Below are positions 39,438 to 51,200 of a stretch of DNA of 64,000 bases, one piece after another. Numbering within the stretch: the first letter of the stretch is position 1; every line of letters begins with the position of its first letter. The notes under the pieces were generated by a model. That model was given only the letters and a program-made list of their open reading frames with translations, made no database searches and was not told the DNA's origin. A program made the translations under genes and the position numbers. Source of the stretch: a virus (Duplodnaviria > Caudoviricetes); IMG/VR virus record IMGVR_UViG_3300020044_010179, positions 1-64,000 of that record; one strand, 5' to 3'.

Positions 39438-40232
39438 ATGAATCTAACCCCAGAACAAATCCAAGAAAATTGGAGTGAATTAATGGATTATATTGAAAAA
39501 TATATTTCCGAACCACGTAAAGAAAATATTCTATCATTTTATGATCAATATTCAGAACGTTTGATGTTAATGCCTGCTGCGCATAAAAAAGAATACCATA
39601 ACGCTTTCCCCGGAGGATATGTAGAACATGTTTTACGCGTTATTCGATGTGCTATTAAACAGGCTACATTATGGGAAGAAGAAGGATGTGACATGTCTAC
39701 TTTTACAACTGAAGAATTAGTATTTTCAGCACTGAATCATGATTTAGGTAAAATGGGGAGTGAAGATGAAGATTCTTATATACCCCAGACAGATAATTGG
39801 AGACGTGAAAAATTAGGAGAGGATTATATGTTCAATACTAAAGTTCCATTTGCTTCAGTTCCAGATAGAGGTTTATTTCTACTTCAATCACATGGTATAT
39901 CTTATACATTTAACGAGATGATTGCTATCCAAACTCACGATGGTTTATATGATAAAGCAAATGAGAAATATTTAATGCCTTATATGCCAGAACAAAAACC
40001 AAGAACTTCATTACCTTTTATCCTACATCAGGCCGATTTAATGGCAGCACGTATCGAATTTGAACGTGAGTGGTTACCTAAATTAAAAGAAGGTAAAAAG
40101 TCCGGGGATAAGCAAAATACTAATTTTACATTGGGGAATAAACCAAACATGTCTAAAAAATTATCAACCAAAACCAAAGCTTTAGGTTCATTTAAAAGTG
40201 AAGGTTTAAAAAATATATTTAACAGCTTATGA
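39438..40232 (+). CDS. HD-domain phosphohydrolase
   Basis: YHNAFPGGYVEH, LNHDLGK, THDG and HQAD. Confidence 0.85.
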   Translation: MNLTPEQIQENWSELMDYIEKYISEPRKENILSFYDQYSERLMLMPAAHKKEYHNAFPGGYVEHVLRVIRCAIKQATLWEEEGCDMSTFTTEELVFSALNHDLGKMGSEDEDSYIPQTDNWRREKLGEDYMFNTKVPFASVPDRGLFLLQSHGISYTFNEMIAIQTHDGLYDKANEKYLMPYMPEQKPRTSLPFILHQADLMAARIEFEREWLPKLKEGKKSGDKQNTNFTLGNKPNMSKKLSTKTKALGSFKSEGLKNIFNSL

Positions 40233-40507
40233 TAGTTATATTATGCATTTTAGCAACATTAGTAGTAATTCTAGGATTTACTACTTTTAATTTACTTAAA
40301 AAAAATGAAAAGCAAGAAGACATACTTGCGGGTTATCTAACGTATTTAGATAATTTATCTCGAACCATTGAAATCTCTGGTAAGAAATTAAAAGAGTTAG
40401 ACCGTGGTGGAGTTTTTGAAAAAGACGATGAAGTTGGGGTTATATTTCAATCAATACTTAAAGTACAAGAAATCCTCAATGAATTTAATCTTAGAAAAAC
40501 AAACTAA
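40229..40507 (+). CDS. Membrane-anchored small protein
   Basis: N-terminal TM helix. Confidence 0.6.
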   Translation: MIVILCILATLVVILGFTTFNLLKKNEKQEDILAGYLTYLDNLSRTIEISGKKLKELDRGGVFEKDDEVGVIFQSILKVQEILNEFNLRKTN

Positions 40508-41216
40508 AGTGTCTCCAAAAAAGAAAGTAAGCAAAAATTACTTTACACAAGAGACAGAAGACGCTATTGTATTATACAATAATACCTCTGATTCAGTAAT
40601 CCGGAGTAGTATATATGAAGAAAAAATACACTATGCGTTTTTTAAACTTACTCAAAATATTATTCATACATTTAAATTCTATCATACTGAGGTAGATAAT
40701 CTAGAACATTTACAACATGAAATCATTGTATTCTTACTTTCAAAAATTCATTTGTTTGATCCAAGAAAAGGGGCTAAAGCATATTCTTACTTTGGCACTA
40801 TTGTTAAACGTTGGTGTATTTTATACAACGATAAAAACTACAAAAGTAAAGTTAAAAAGGTTTCTACGGATGAATTAGAAAAAGACGATACCCATTCATA
40901 TACATTAGATCAATCATCTTCAAATGATCGTTTATCTAATTTTATGGATGAATACGTTGAATTCATTAGTTTAAACATATATAAAACCTTCCCTAAACCT
41001 TATGATGCTAAGATTGCAGATGCAATTTTAGAGCTGTTTCGTAAACGAGAGGGAATTGACATCTTTAATAAAAAAGCACTTTACATCTATATACATGAGA
41101 TGGTCCCAGATGCTAAAACTCCTAAAATTACTAAAATAGCAACATCTTTATACGGAATATTTAAGAAAAATTATTTGTTTTATTTAGAACAAGGATATAC
41201 AAATTTTAAACTTTAG
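40404..41216 (+). CDS. Sigma-factor-like protein, candidate late sigma (real start probably 40479 or 40509)
   Basis: FDPRKGAKAYSYFGTIVKR resembles sigma region 2.3-2.4; it sits directly ahead of the structural block. Confidence 0.65.
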   Translation: MVEFLKKTMKLGLYFNQYLKYKKSSMNLILEKQTKVSPKKKVSKNYFTQETEDAIVLYNNTSDSVIRSSIYEEKIHYAFFKLTQNIIHTFKFYHTEVDNLEHLQHEIIVFLLSKIHLFDPRKGAKAYSYFGTIVKRWCILYNDKNYKSKVKKVSTDELEKDDTHSYTLDQSSSNDRLSNFMDEYVEFISLNIYKTFPKPYDAKIADAILELFRKREGIDIFNKKALYIYIHEMVPDAKTPKITKIATSLYGIFKKNYLFYLEQGYTNFKL

Positions 41217-41249
41217 TATTTTTCCATATTTATACCCAAAAATATTCAT

Positions 41250-41588
41250 ATGAATAATTTAGAATCTAACATTTGGGGTAAGAAAAAATTTTCTGATCTC
41301 TTAAAAGAAATTTACGATAACCAAAAGAAAAAAGAAGCTCAAATTTCTGCACTTATTGGTGAATTAAAACCATTAATTAACGATATTGGTGATGCTACCT
41401 TAATTGTTCCATTAATTAAAGAATATATGGAATTAGGTATTAAAAATGATGAGCAACTAATTAAAATGGTTAACATAGCTCAACGTGCCCTATCTTCCGG
41501 AAAATCAGAGGAGGAATCTTTTGGTATGACTGATGATGAAAAAGCACAATTATTATCTGAAGTTAAAAAATTTAATCCTAAGGACTAA
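41250..41588 (+). CDS. Hypothetical helical protein
   Basis: 112-aa ORF after ATATTTAT (41226). Confidence 0.6.
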   Translation: MNNLESNIWGKKKFSDLLKEIYDNQKKKEAQISALIGELKPLINDIGDATLIVPLIKEYMELGIKNDEQLIKMVNIAQRALSSGKSEEESFGMTDDEKAQLLSEVKKFNPKD

Positions 41589-42859
41589 TGGGGATGAAAT
41601 TTGGTTTAGTAGGTTCAACTAGCGGAGCTGGTTCTTCTAAACAAAACAATAATCTTGAAAATAAAATTTCAAATGCTCAAGGAAAAGTAGTTGCGGCTAG
41701 GGTAATAGATATTGTTTTAGATGAAAACCATAAATACTATGAACTTGTAGGCCAATGGAATGGAATAGGAGCTATATTTTATGAAATTGTAAATAAATCT
41801 GGTACTAAATCATACCCAAATTTTGCATTACCTTATGATTCCCAATTAAAAACTTATCCATTAATAAATGAAATAGTTTTATTAATTTCTTTACCAAACC
41901 AATCTATGGGATTGGTATCATCAAATGAATCATATTTTTATATGAGTCCATTAGGTATTTGGAATCACCCCCACCACGATGCATATCCAAATGTATTAGA
42001 TGGAATAAACGATCAAGAACAAACACGAGACTACCCAACTACTACCTCAGGAAGTGTTAGAAGAGTTACAGATGGTAGTACAGAAATAGATTTAAATAGT
42101 TCCAATCCATCACAAAACACTTTTGTTGAAAAAGTAAACATCCATCCATTACTGCCTTTTATGGGAGATTCTTTATTAGAAGGAAGACATGGCCAGAGCT
42201 TACGTTTTGGAAGTACAGCTAAGTCTAAAAGCGAAAAGAAAAATAATTGGTCTGACTCCGGTACAAACGGGGATCCTATTACTATTTTAAAAAATGGACA
42301 ACCTTCTAAAGTAAGTGATGAGGGTTGGATTCCTATAACAGAAAATATAAATGATGATTTATCATCTATTTATTTAACTTCTACCCAAAAACTCCCTTAT
42401 AACTTATCTATTGAAAAACCAGAAAAATGGATTAAATCCCCAACTTTTCCCGGACAATATATCCTTCCTCAAATTTTATTAAATTCTAATCAAATATCAA
42501 TAAATTCTAAAGAGGATAGTATATTATTAAGTTCTAAAAAATCAATAGGTTTAACTTGTGAGGATGAAATAAACTTAACAGGAAATAATACAATATTAGA
42601 TACTACTAATTTATATTTAGGATCTAAAAGAGCTACTGAATCTGTATTATTAGGAGATAAAACAATAAATACTTTAAAACAAATCACATCACTTTTAAAA
42701 AGTATTACTAATGTTTTACAACTAGATCAAATGTATCCTGCTGGTATTCCTGTCCCTAATGGCCCCTTAAATGTAGTATCTTTAACTGCTACCCAAACAT
42801 TAGCTACAATTGAAGCTAGTCTAGATAGTTTAGCATCTAAAAAAGTAAAAGTAGAATGA
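41588..42859 (+). CDS. Baseplate hub/spike protein (gp5/VgrG-like)
   Basis: N-terminal OB-like YPLINEIV, EGRHGQSLRFGS and C-terminal beta-repeat region; upstream of gp25- and gp6-like genes. Confidence 0.5.
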   Translation: MGMKFGLVGSTSGAGSSKQNNNLENKISNAQGKVVAARVIDIVLDENHKYYELVGQWNGIGAIFYEIVNKSGTKSYPNFALPYDSQLKTYPLINEIVLLISLPNQSMGLVSSNESYFYMSPLGIWNHPHHDAYPNVLDGINDQEQTRDYPTTTSGSVRRVTDGSTEIDLNSSNPSQNTFVEKVNIHPLLPFMGDSLLEGRHGQSLRFGSTAKSKSEKKNNWSDSGTNGDPITILKNGQPSKVSDEGWIPITENINDDLSSIYLTSTQKLPYNLSIEKPEKWIKSPTFPGQYILPQILLNSNQISINSKEDSILLSSKKSIGLTCEDEINLTGNNTILDTTNLYLGSKRATESVLLGDKTINTLKQITSLLKSITNVLQLDQMYPAGIPVPNGPLNVVSLTATQTLATIEASLDSLASKKVKVE

Positions 42860-44115
42860 CACCAGAAAATTCTTCAGATAATATTAATTTAACACCTATA
42901 TCTTCCCCTACTGAAATAGACTATTCAATAGAAGGAACAGTTGTTGATTCAACAAATCCCAACAAAACAATCCCAGGAGCAAAAATATCTACTAACGATC
43001 AAAACCAAACCACTTCAAAAATTAATGGGCAATTTATCCTTAAAGGAAAAACAACCTCAGATAAAAAAATAAGTATTTCTGTTAGTTTAAAAGGATATAC
43101 CCCTCAAAATTTTACTCCATATTTTGGAGACGGTACTATTAAATCTAATTTAGGAGTAATCCAACTTCAATTAATTCAAAAAAGTTTAGATCAAGATAAA
43201 ATAGATTCTAGTTTATTAACAGATAGTCAAATTAACAGTTTGACTAAATCTATAAAATCACCATCATCTTTTTTTCAAAAAAAATTAACAACTTCTATAA
43301 TTAATGTTAAAAGTCGTTTAATCCCTTTAATATTAACTTTAATTGCGGGATTTGGAGTTACTCAAGTTAATAAATTAATAGCTAAAGGGACAACTAAAAT
43401 TTCTGATATACAAAATCAAATTACATGTCCTACTCAAGCAGAATTAGCTAGAATTATTTCCCGTAAAAATAGATTAGTAAAACAATTAAATAGACTTCTT
43501 AAAGTAATCCAATCTACTGAAAAATTTATTAATTCAATTAAAAAATTTATTGATATTGTATCAAAAACTATTTTAGGTTTAGATATAGCTTCATTAGCCT
43601 TACCTTCTTCAATCCCCCCAGGTATTGGTATCCCGGTTGGTATTATTAATAAACCAGGAGATGTAATCAATTTATTAAAAAATCAAATAAAAGGTGAACA
43701 AGGAAAAATAGATAATTTAGTTTCCCCCTTAACTTTACTTAAATCAGTATTATCTCAAGCACTTCAATATTTAAAACTTTTAGATGATTTAGTACAACAC
43801 TGTTATCAAGAAAATAATAATCAAGATAATAATCAAGATAATAATCAAGAACAAATTTCTGCAGAATTAACAGCAATTACCACAGACGAATCAAATCAAG
43901 AATCCCCCGTAGTTACAGATGTAAATGGATTTACAATGGGTGTTGAAACTGAATCACAAATATCAACATTATCTGTAAAACGTAGAAGAGCTATAGCTAC
44001 AAATAAACAAGGTGTAGTAATGTTAACAGGAGAATGGTCATTTAGTTCAATTGATCAAATACTAATAGATGAACTTGTATTTTATATTCAAACAAATGAT
44101 TTAAGAGCAGATTAA
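42856..44115 (+). CDS. Virion-associated protein with N-terminal carboxypeptidase-regulatory-like (Ig/CnaB) domain and a helical region
   Basis: IEGTVVD...IPGAKI...GQFIL...GY. Confidence 0.5.
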   Translation: MTPENSSDNINLTPISSPTEIDYSIEGTVVDSTNPNKTIPGAKISTNDQNQTTSKINGQFILKGKTTSDKKISISVSLKGYTPQNFTPYFGDGTIKSNLGVIQLQLIQKSLDQDKIDSSLLTDSQINSLTKSIKSPSSFFQKKLTTSIINVKSRLIPLILTLIAGFGVTQVNKLIAKGTTKISDIQNQITCPTQAELARIISRKNRLVKQLNRLLKVIQSTEKFINSIKKFIDIVSKTILGLDIASLALPSSIPPGIGIPVGIINKPGDVINLLKNQIKGEQGKIDNLVSPLTLLKSVLSQALQYLKLLDDLVQHCYQENNNQDNNQDNNQEQISAELTAITTDESNQESPVVTDVNGFTMGVETESQISTLSVKRRRAIATNKQGVVMLTGEWSFSSIDQILIDELVFYIQTNDLRAD

Positions 44116-44133
44116 CCCTATATTTATAAACAT

Positions 44134-44478
44134 ATGAAAAGTACAGATTTTAAAAAATTAATTAAAGAAGCCGTAAAGGAAGCAATTCAAGAAGAATTAA
44201 AGGATATTTTATTGGAAGCAGTAAAATCCCCTAAACAAATATTAAGAGAATCATATTCACCAACATCCCCCTCTCAACCTGCAGTTAATCCATCTTATGC
44301 ACCACCCCCAATAGATTTTAGGTCAAAATATGCTGAGGTATTAGGAGAAACAGCTTTAAGTTTTACCTCCCAAAACGCTCAATCTTTTACCCCACAAATG
44401 GGTGATCCAGTAAACGGAAGTTTAGGAGCTGGAGAATTAGGTATGGATCAAATAATGGGTCTTTTAAATAGTAAATAA
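44134..44478 (+). CDS. Hypothetical late protein
   Basis: MKSTDFKKLIKEAVKEAIQEE, after ATATTTAT (44120). Confidence 0.55.
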   Translation: MKSTDFKKLIKEAVKEAIQEELKDILLEAVKSPKQILRESYSPTSPSQPAVNPSYAPPPIDFRSKYAEVLGETALSFTSQNAQSFTPQMGDPVNGSLGAGELGMDQIMGLLNSK

Positions 44479-44882
44479 TGGCATTTAATCCACAATTAAT
44501 AAATCCAATTGATTTAAATCCAAATCTTGCAGTTGGAGTAAATATTCCATTTAGTGGACCTTCTGTTTTTACCCCAAATTATTTAACTTCTCAAGCTATA
44601 AAAAACAATTTAATCAACTATTTTTTAACTAATCCTGGAGAAAGACCATTAAATCCTACTTTTGGAGGAGGTTTAAGAGCCTTTATTTTCCAACAAATTT
44701 CAGAAAATTCGCTAGATGGATTAAAAGAAAATGTAAGTTTAAAATTAGAAACATATTTCCCAAATGTTATAATTAACTCATTAGATGTACTTAAAAGAGA
44801 TGATGAAAATTCAGTAGTAGTTCAATTGAAATATTCTATTGCTAATTCTAATATCAATGATAACTTAACTTTTCAATTTTAA
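44478..44882 (+). CDS. Baseplate wedge protein, gp25-like
   Basis: KNNLINYFLTNPGERPLNPTFGGGL. Confidence 0.85.
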   Translation: MAFNPQLINPIDLNPNLAVGVNIPFSGPSVFTPNYLTSQAIKNNLINYFLTNPGERPLNPTFGGGLRAFIFQQISENSLDGLKENVSLKLETYFPNVIINSLDVLKRDDENSVVVQLKYSIANSNINDNLTFQF

Positions 44883-44885
44883 AAA

Positions 44886-46733
44886 ATGGCTAAAACTAAT
44901 AAAGATATAAAATATATTAATCGGGATTTTGAATCCTTTAGATCAAGATTAATAGAATTTTCTCAAACATATTTCCCCTCAACATATAATGACTTTTCAT
45001 CAACCTCACCAGGTATGATGTTTATGGAACAATCTTCTTATGTGGGAGATGTTTTAAGTTTCTATTTAGATAACCAATTTCAAGAAACATTTATTCAATA
45101 TGCTCAACAAACAAATAATGTATTTGAATTAGCATATATGTTTGGTTATAGACCAAAAACTACAGGGGTTGCCCAAACAAATGTTGACTTTTATCAACAA
45201 TTACCTTCAATTAATGATGGCACTGGTAATTATGTTCCTGACTATAGTTATGCTATTACAATTAATGAAAATACTACTATTACTTCCCAAAACGGTTCTT
45301 CATTTATCACCCAGGATAAAATTGATTTTTCTGTTTCAAGTTCATTAGATCCAACAGAAGTTTCCGTATATCAAATATCTGGAAATATACCACAATATTT
45401 TCTTTTAAAAAAGAGCAGAAATGCTATTTCATCTACTATTAACACAACCAGTTTTAGTTTTGGAGCACCTCAACAATTTGCAACAATAAACATACAAGCT
45501 AACAATATTGTAAAAATATTAGACATTACTGATTCTGATGGTAATATATGGTATGAAGTAGATCATTTAGGACAAGAAATGGTATTTGATTCAATAAAAA
45601 ATACTAACATTAATGATCCAAATAAAATAGATAATACTCCATTTTTATTAAAATTAAAAAAAGTTGCAAGAAGATTTGCTACTAGATTTACATCTTTATC
45701 AAATTTACAAATCCAATTTGGAGCGGGTTCACCAAGTGATACAACTGAAGAAATTACTCCAAACCCCAATAATGTAGGTATTGGTTTACCCTTTAAAAAA
45801 GATAAATTAACTACAGCATTTTCTCCACTTAACTTTTTATATACTGGAACATATGGAATTTCACCGGCTAACACAACATTAACAGTTAGATATCTAACGG
45901 GTGGTGGAGTAAATTCAAACATTACTGCAAATTCTTTAACTAATTTAAATACAGGTAATACTAGATTTAACAACTCTAATTTAAATGCAACAACCGCAAA
46001 TTATATATTTGCATCACTTTCAACATCAAACCCAATAGCTGCAACTGGTGGAAGAGGAGGAGATACATTAGAGGAAATACGCCAAAATACACTAGCACTA
46101 GTTGCTTCCCAAAAACGCTCAGTTACCGCAGATGATTATTTAGTTAGAGCTTTAAGTATGCCCTCTGAATATGGAGCGGTTTCAAAAGCATATATTGAAC
46201 AACCTAAATTAACAGATAATCAAGTATCAACAATTGAAACTTTAAGTTTATATGTTTTATCTTTAAATTCTTCTGGGCAATTAGATTATGCTAATACAAC
46301 TTTAAAAAATAATTTAAGAACCTATTTATCTCAATATAGAATGATTGGGGATAATATAGAAATTAGAGATGCATATATTATCAATATTGGAGTAAATTTT
46401 GAAATTGTAGTATTACCTGAATATAATAATAATGAAGTTTTATTGTCTTGCATATCATCAATACAATCATATTTTTTACTTGATAAATGGCAATTAAATC
46501 AACCAATTATGATACGAGATTTATATATTTTGCTTGATAAAATTAAAGGCGTCCAAACAATAAAAACTATATCTGTTGTAAATAAAGCAGGAACTTCAAC
46601 GGGATATTCACAATATGCTTACGATATAGAGGGAGCTACACAAAACCAAGTAATTTATCCTTCATTAGACCCTAGCATATTTGAATTAAAATACCCTAAC
46701 CAAGATATAAAAGGTAAAGTAGTTCCTTTATAA
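44886..46733 (+). CDS. Baseplate wedge protein, gp6/baseplate-J-like
   Basis: DFESFRSRLIEFSQTYFP..YNDFS, QIQFGAG, ATGGRGGDTLEEIR and RSVTADDY. Confidence 0.85.
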   Translation: MAKTNKDIKYINRDFESFRSRLIEFSQTYFPSTYNDFSSTSPGMMFMEQSSYVGDVLSFYLDNQFQETFIQYAQQTNNVFELAYMFGYRPKTTGVAQTNVDFYQQLPSINDGTGNYVPDYSYAITINENTTITSQNGSSFITQDKIDFSVSSSLDPTEVSVYQISGNIPQYFLLKKSRNAISSTINTTSFSFGAPQQFATINIQANNIVKILDITDSDGNIWYEVDHLGQEMVFDSIKNTNINDPNKIDNTPFLLKLKKVARRFATRFTSLSNLQIQFGAGSPSDTTEEITPNPNNVGIGLPFKKDKLTTAFSPLNFLYTGTYGISPANTTLTVRYLTGGGVNSNITANSLTNLNTGNTRFNNSNLNATTANYIFASLSTSNPIAATGGRGGDTLEEIRQNTLALVASQKRSVTADDYLVRALSMPSEYGAVSKAYIEQPKLTDNQVSTIETLSLYVLSLNSSGQLDYANTTLKNNLRTYLSQYRMIGDNIEIRDAYIINIGVNFEIVVLPEYNNNEVLLSCISSIQSYFLLDKWQLNQPIMIRDLYILLDKIKGVQTIKTISVVNKAGTSTGYSQYAYDIEGATQNQVIYPSLDPSIFELKYPNQDIKGKVVPL

Positions 46734-46759
46734 TGCTATATTTATAATAAAATATATTA

Positions 46760-47872
46760 ATGGCTGTATATAAAATCTTCCCTACCCAAGACGCTACCTT
46801 ATATTCTGTATACCCTACTATGAATACAGGGTTAGATGCTATCTTAGAAGCCTCTAACAAATTAGATATTAGTGGAAACCCAGATGTAGCTAGATATTTA
46901 GTAAAATTTGATACAGCTGAAATCATAGATATTATTAGTAATAAAATATCTGGAAACACATATGATGTATATTTTAAAAATTTTATAGCAGAAGCTCAAG
47001 GAATTAATTTAGATACTTCTTTAGAAATATTACCTGTTGCTCAAAATTGGAATAACGGAACAGGATATACTTTAGATTCTCCAATCGTTGAAGATGGCTC
47101 ATCATGGTCATACTCTAATTATAGTGGATCTAATCCTTGGAGTATGTCAGGTATTGGATTTACAGGTTCATATAATTCAACGTATTCTCCCCAAGGTGGT
47201 GGTAATTGGTTTACAGGATCTAATTTTATTGCATCTCAATCTTTTGAATTACGTAGTGAAAAAGATATTGAAGTAAGTGTAAAAAATACAGTTACTGCTT
47301 GGTCAAGTTCACTAATCCCTAATTATGGATTTATAGTAAAATTAACTGGATCACAAGAATTTAATTCAAGTCAATATATTCAACCTCAATTTAAATACTA
47401 TAGTGTTGATACAAATACAATTTACCCCCCATGCTTAGAATTTAGATGGAGAGATTATCAATCTGTATTAACAGGATCAGCTACTAGTAGTATAGTAACC
47501 ACTTCAGACATTAAAATGTCTCTTTCTCAAAATTCTGGTATATTTTATCCAACAAGTATAAATAAATTTAACCTAAATGTAAGTCCTTTATACCCAAATC
47601 GTACATATCAAACGTCTTCATTATTTACTAATTTAAATTATTTACCTACTTCTTCATATTATGCCATAAAAGACTTGGCTACCAATGAATTTGTTGTTAA
47701 CTTCGATAATCAATATACCCAAATTAGTTCCAATTCAACAGGAAACTATTTTAGTGTTTATATGAGTGGCCTTGAACCAGAAAGATATTATAAAATTTTA
47801 ATTAAAACTATAATTAATGGTTCAACATTAATATTTGATGATAATTATTATTTTAAAGTTATAAACGGATGA
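46760..47872 (+). CDS. Putative virion structural protein
   Basis: IFPTQDATLYS...NTG.D, NYGFIVK and TIYPPCLEFRW; after ATATTTAT (46738). Confidence 0.55.
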   Translation: MAVYKIFPTQDATLYSVYPTMNTGLDAILEASNKLDISGNPDVARYLVKFDTAEIIDIISNKISGNTYDVYFKNFIAEAQGINLDTSLEILPVAQNWNNGTGYTLDSPIVEDGSSWSYSNYSGSNPWSMSGIGFTGSYNSTYSPQGGGNWFTGSNFIASQSFELRSEKDIEVSVKNTVTAWSSSLIPNYGFIVKLTGSQEFNSSQYIQPQFKYYSVDTNTIYPPCLEFRWRDYQSVLTGSATSSIVTTSDIKMSLSQNSGIFYPTSINKFNLNVSPLYPNRTYQTSSLFTNLNYLPTSSYYAIKDLATNEFVVNFDNQYTQISSNSTGNYFSVYMSGLEPERYYKILIKTIINGSTLIFDDNYYFKVING

Positions 47873-48231
47873 GTGAAAATATAAAATTTAATAAACAAGT
47901 ATATGATAAAGGACAGTACACTAAAGTAATAAATACATCCTTCACTCAATTAGGAGTTCAACCAATCCAAGAAACAATTAACAATCAACCTACTACAGAT
48001 CAATTTTTTAGTATGTATAATGATTTATTTTATGATATTCCTGAATTAGGTGAAATTAATTCACATGAATATTTAATTACAAAAAGCAGTGAATATATTA
48101 ATTTTGATGCTAATCAAGAAGAAATAGAAGCTTTACAAGAAGAAATTGCTCAATTAAGAGAAGAATTACTTGATGCTCAAAAACAAAATATAGAATTACA
48201 AACAGGAACAACCATATCTACCCCACAATAA
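47869..48231 (+). CDS. Coiled-coil structural-region protein
   Basis: EIEALQEEIAQLREEL. Confidence 0.55.
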   Translation: MSENIKFNKQVYDKGQYTKVINTSFTQLGVQPIQETINNQPTTDQFFSMYNDLFYDIPELGEINSHEYLITKSSEYINFDANQEEIEALQEEIAQLREELLDAQKQNIELQTGTTISTPQ

Positions 48232-51200
48232 TGGCTGCAGAAATTACTCAAATAGATACTCAAGATTTTACTTCTCAAACATATGGGGGGAGTGATACAT
48301 CTTTACTTTCTCAATTTGAAATTAATACATCTTTAACATCAAGTAGTTATATTGAATATTTTATATACGATAATAATCAAAATTTACTCTCAACAGATTA
48401 TTCATTCTCAGAATACACAGTATTAAATAATGGTCAATCTGCGGGAACTGACAATTCTTTATCCCAAATAGAAATAGACCCTGAAAAATCACTTATTAAT
48501 TCAGGATATGATCAAGGTGAATATATTACATATTTTAATATTTTAAATAAACAAATTGGTTCTGAATTACAACAGCTCTATATTACTGAAATATCATCTG
48601 ATAGAACTGAAATTAGATTAGATAGTACTTCTTTAACTGAAATTGATATAGTTGAACAAACTAATATTTTTATACAAGAACGAGAAAATAGTCCATATTT
48701 TCTAGATTTTTATTTAAATTTTGGAGATAATAATTTATTTATATCTAATAATATTTCATTAGATAATCAAGATCCAACTAACCCAACAGTATTAATTAAA
48801 TTATATGAACCCCTTTCGGATGAATTTGATATAAATTCTACATTGTGGGTTGTAACTGTTGTAGAAGAACCGGTAGCTTACAAAGTTACCTTTGAAGATA
48901 TACCTATAGTATTTACAGATACTACTAGTATTGGGGGACCTAATTTTAATTTAGATTTAAAAGATCAAGTTAACAATTCATCATTAGAGTTATCATATGC
49001 TGATTTAGTTTTAACATCTTTAACTAGTTCTGCGAATCAACTAAATAGTTTACTTGAGGAAAAAGAAATAGACATAAATGTTGATTACTCAGACTTTTCT
49101 AATTTTATTCACTTTAGTTCAGTTCAATCAAGAATTGAAAATTTTTATTATAAAGTTGGTTTAATAGAAAGTTATTCATCTTCTATTGCAATTTTAAATA
49201 ATACTACAAATAATAACCCAAGTGCTAGTAAAGCTATATATGAATCTAAAATAAATAACATTATAACTAATTTTGATGGCTATGATTATTATTTATATTA
49301 TTCTAGTGAGTCTTTAGCTTACCCAAAAACTAATTCAACCCTACCATATACATTATATTCTTCTACAAGCCCAACAGTTTTAACTTGGTTAGGAAGTGCT
49401 GATGAAAATAATGCATATTATGGTGGAATACTCCTCTCAGCCTCTATCTACGATAATTTAAACCAAAATAATTTATTTTATACTATTCCAGAATATTTAA
49501 GGGAAGATCCTGCAAATGATCCATATCAATTATTTATTGAAATGGTAGGACAACATTACGATAATATTTGGATATATTATAAAGATGTTACTCAAAAATA
49601 CAATGCGGACAACCGTTTAGAAAATGGTATTTCAAAAGATATAGTAGCGGATGCTATTAGGGATTTTGGAATTAAATTATATCAAAATAATTTTTCAAAT
49701 GAGGATTTATACACAGCATTTTTAGGTTTAACACCTGGAGGTGGTTTATTTCCATTTCCAAATATAACCGGATCTTTACCTACCCCTAGTGGATACGAGT
49801 ATATTAACACAAAAATATCTGCTTCAAATGATTATTTACCGTTGGATGACGTTAATAAATCGTTATATAAACGCATATACCATAATTTACCATACCTATT
49901 GCAAACAAAAGGTACATTGCCTGGTTTGCGTGCACTTATTACTTCATATGGTATTCCTGATACAATATTAAGGATTAATGAATATGGTGGAAAAGATAAA
50001 ACAAATACAAATGATTGGGATTATTGGCAAAATGAATTTAATTACGCTCATAAACAAAATGGATTTGAAACTCTTAATATCCCTTGGGTTTTAAATTCAA
50101 GGTGGGGATCAACTTCAAATGTACCTGAAACAGTAATGTTTAGATTTAAAACTAATAATTTACTTACTTCATCCCCTCCTCCCCTCCAATCTCCTTTAAT
50201 TTCAAGCACACTAGATAAATTCAGAATAAACCTTACATACACAGGATCAGCATATACTTCTGGTTCTTACAGTGGTTCAATTATTGATCCATATTACCAA
50301 TATGCCCGTTTAGATTTTATTCCTAATGAGTACCCTTACCCTGATTCCAGTGCTAGTATTTTTTTACCCTTTTTTAATAATGATTGGTGGTCAGTAATGG
50401 TCACAAAAACTGGAACTGGATTATCAACTAATTTCCAATTATATGCAGGAAATAAAATATATGGTGGTGGTGAAAATGGAACCTCTATTGGTTTTTTTGC
50501 CTCATCCTCTATTATAGGGGAGGACACTTTATGGATTTCCCCTCTCGATGTATTCTTTCAATTATCTGGATCTTTTCAAGAAATTAGATATTATAATAAA
50601 CCCATAAGTGAAAGTGTATTTAAAGACTATGTAATGAATCCTTCCTCAATTGAAGGAAACTCTTTAAATTCTGGAGCAGACCAATTAGCATTTAGATTAC
50701 CTTTAGGAGGAGAATTATATACAGGATCAAATTCAATTCATCCAAAAGTTACGGGTTCATGGATTACTACATCTTCTTTTGCCTCTAACAATACTGCTTC
50801 TTTTAGTTCAACACCTACATTTGTAAAAAATACAGAATATTTTTATTACGATCAACCAATAGCAGGAATTAAAAATGCAATTGCTGATAAAATTAGAGTT
50901 GAAAATAATGTAATCCCGGGTGGAGATGTATTATCACCATTCATGTCTTTATCTCAACAAGCTAATATATCTCAAAGTTATACAGCAAACACAAATTTAC
51001 TTGAGGTAGCATTTTCACCACAAGATGAAGTAAATGATGATATTAATTCCTCTCTTGGATATTTTAATATAGGAGAATATATTGGAGACCCAAGACTACG
51101 TTCTTCCTCAGCTGAATCATATCCATCTTTAGATGCTTTAAGAGATTCATATTTTCAAAAATATACTAAAAATTATAATTTAGTTGATTTTGTTCGTTTA

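Noticed and set aside
43815-43851. 12-bp tandem repeat AATAATCAAGA(T/A) x3 (NNQD)
   Set aside because: Ordinary in-frame slippage in a linker, with no phase-variation potential
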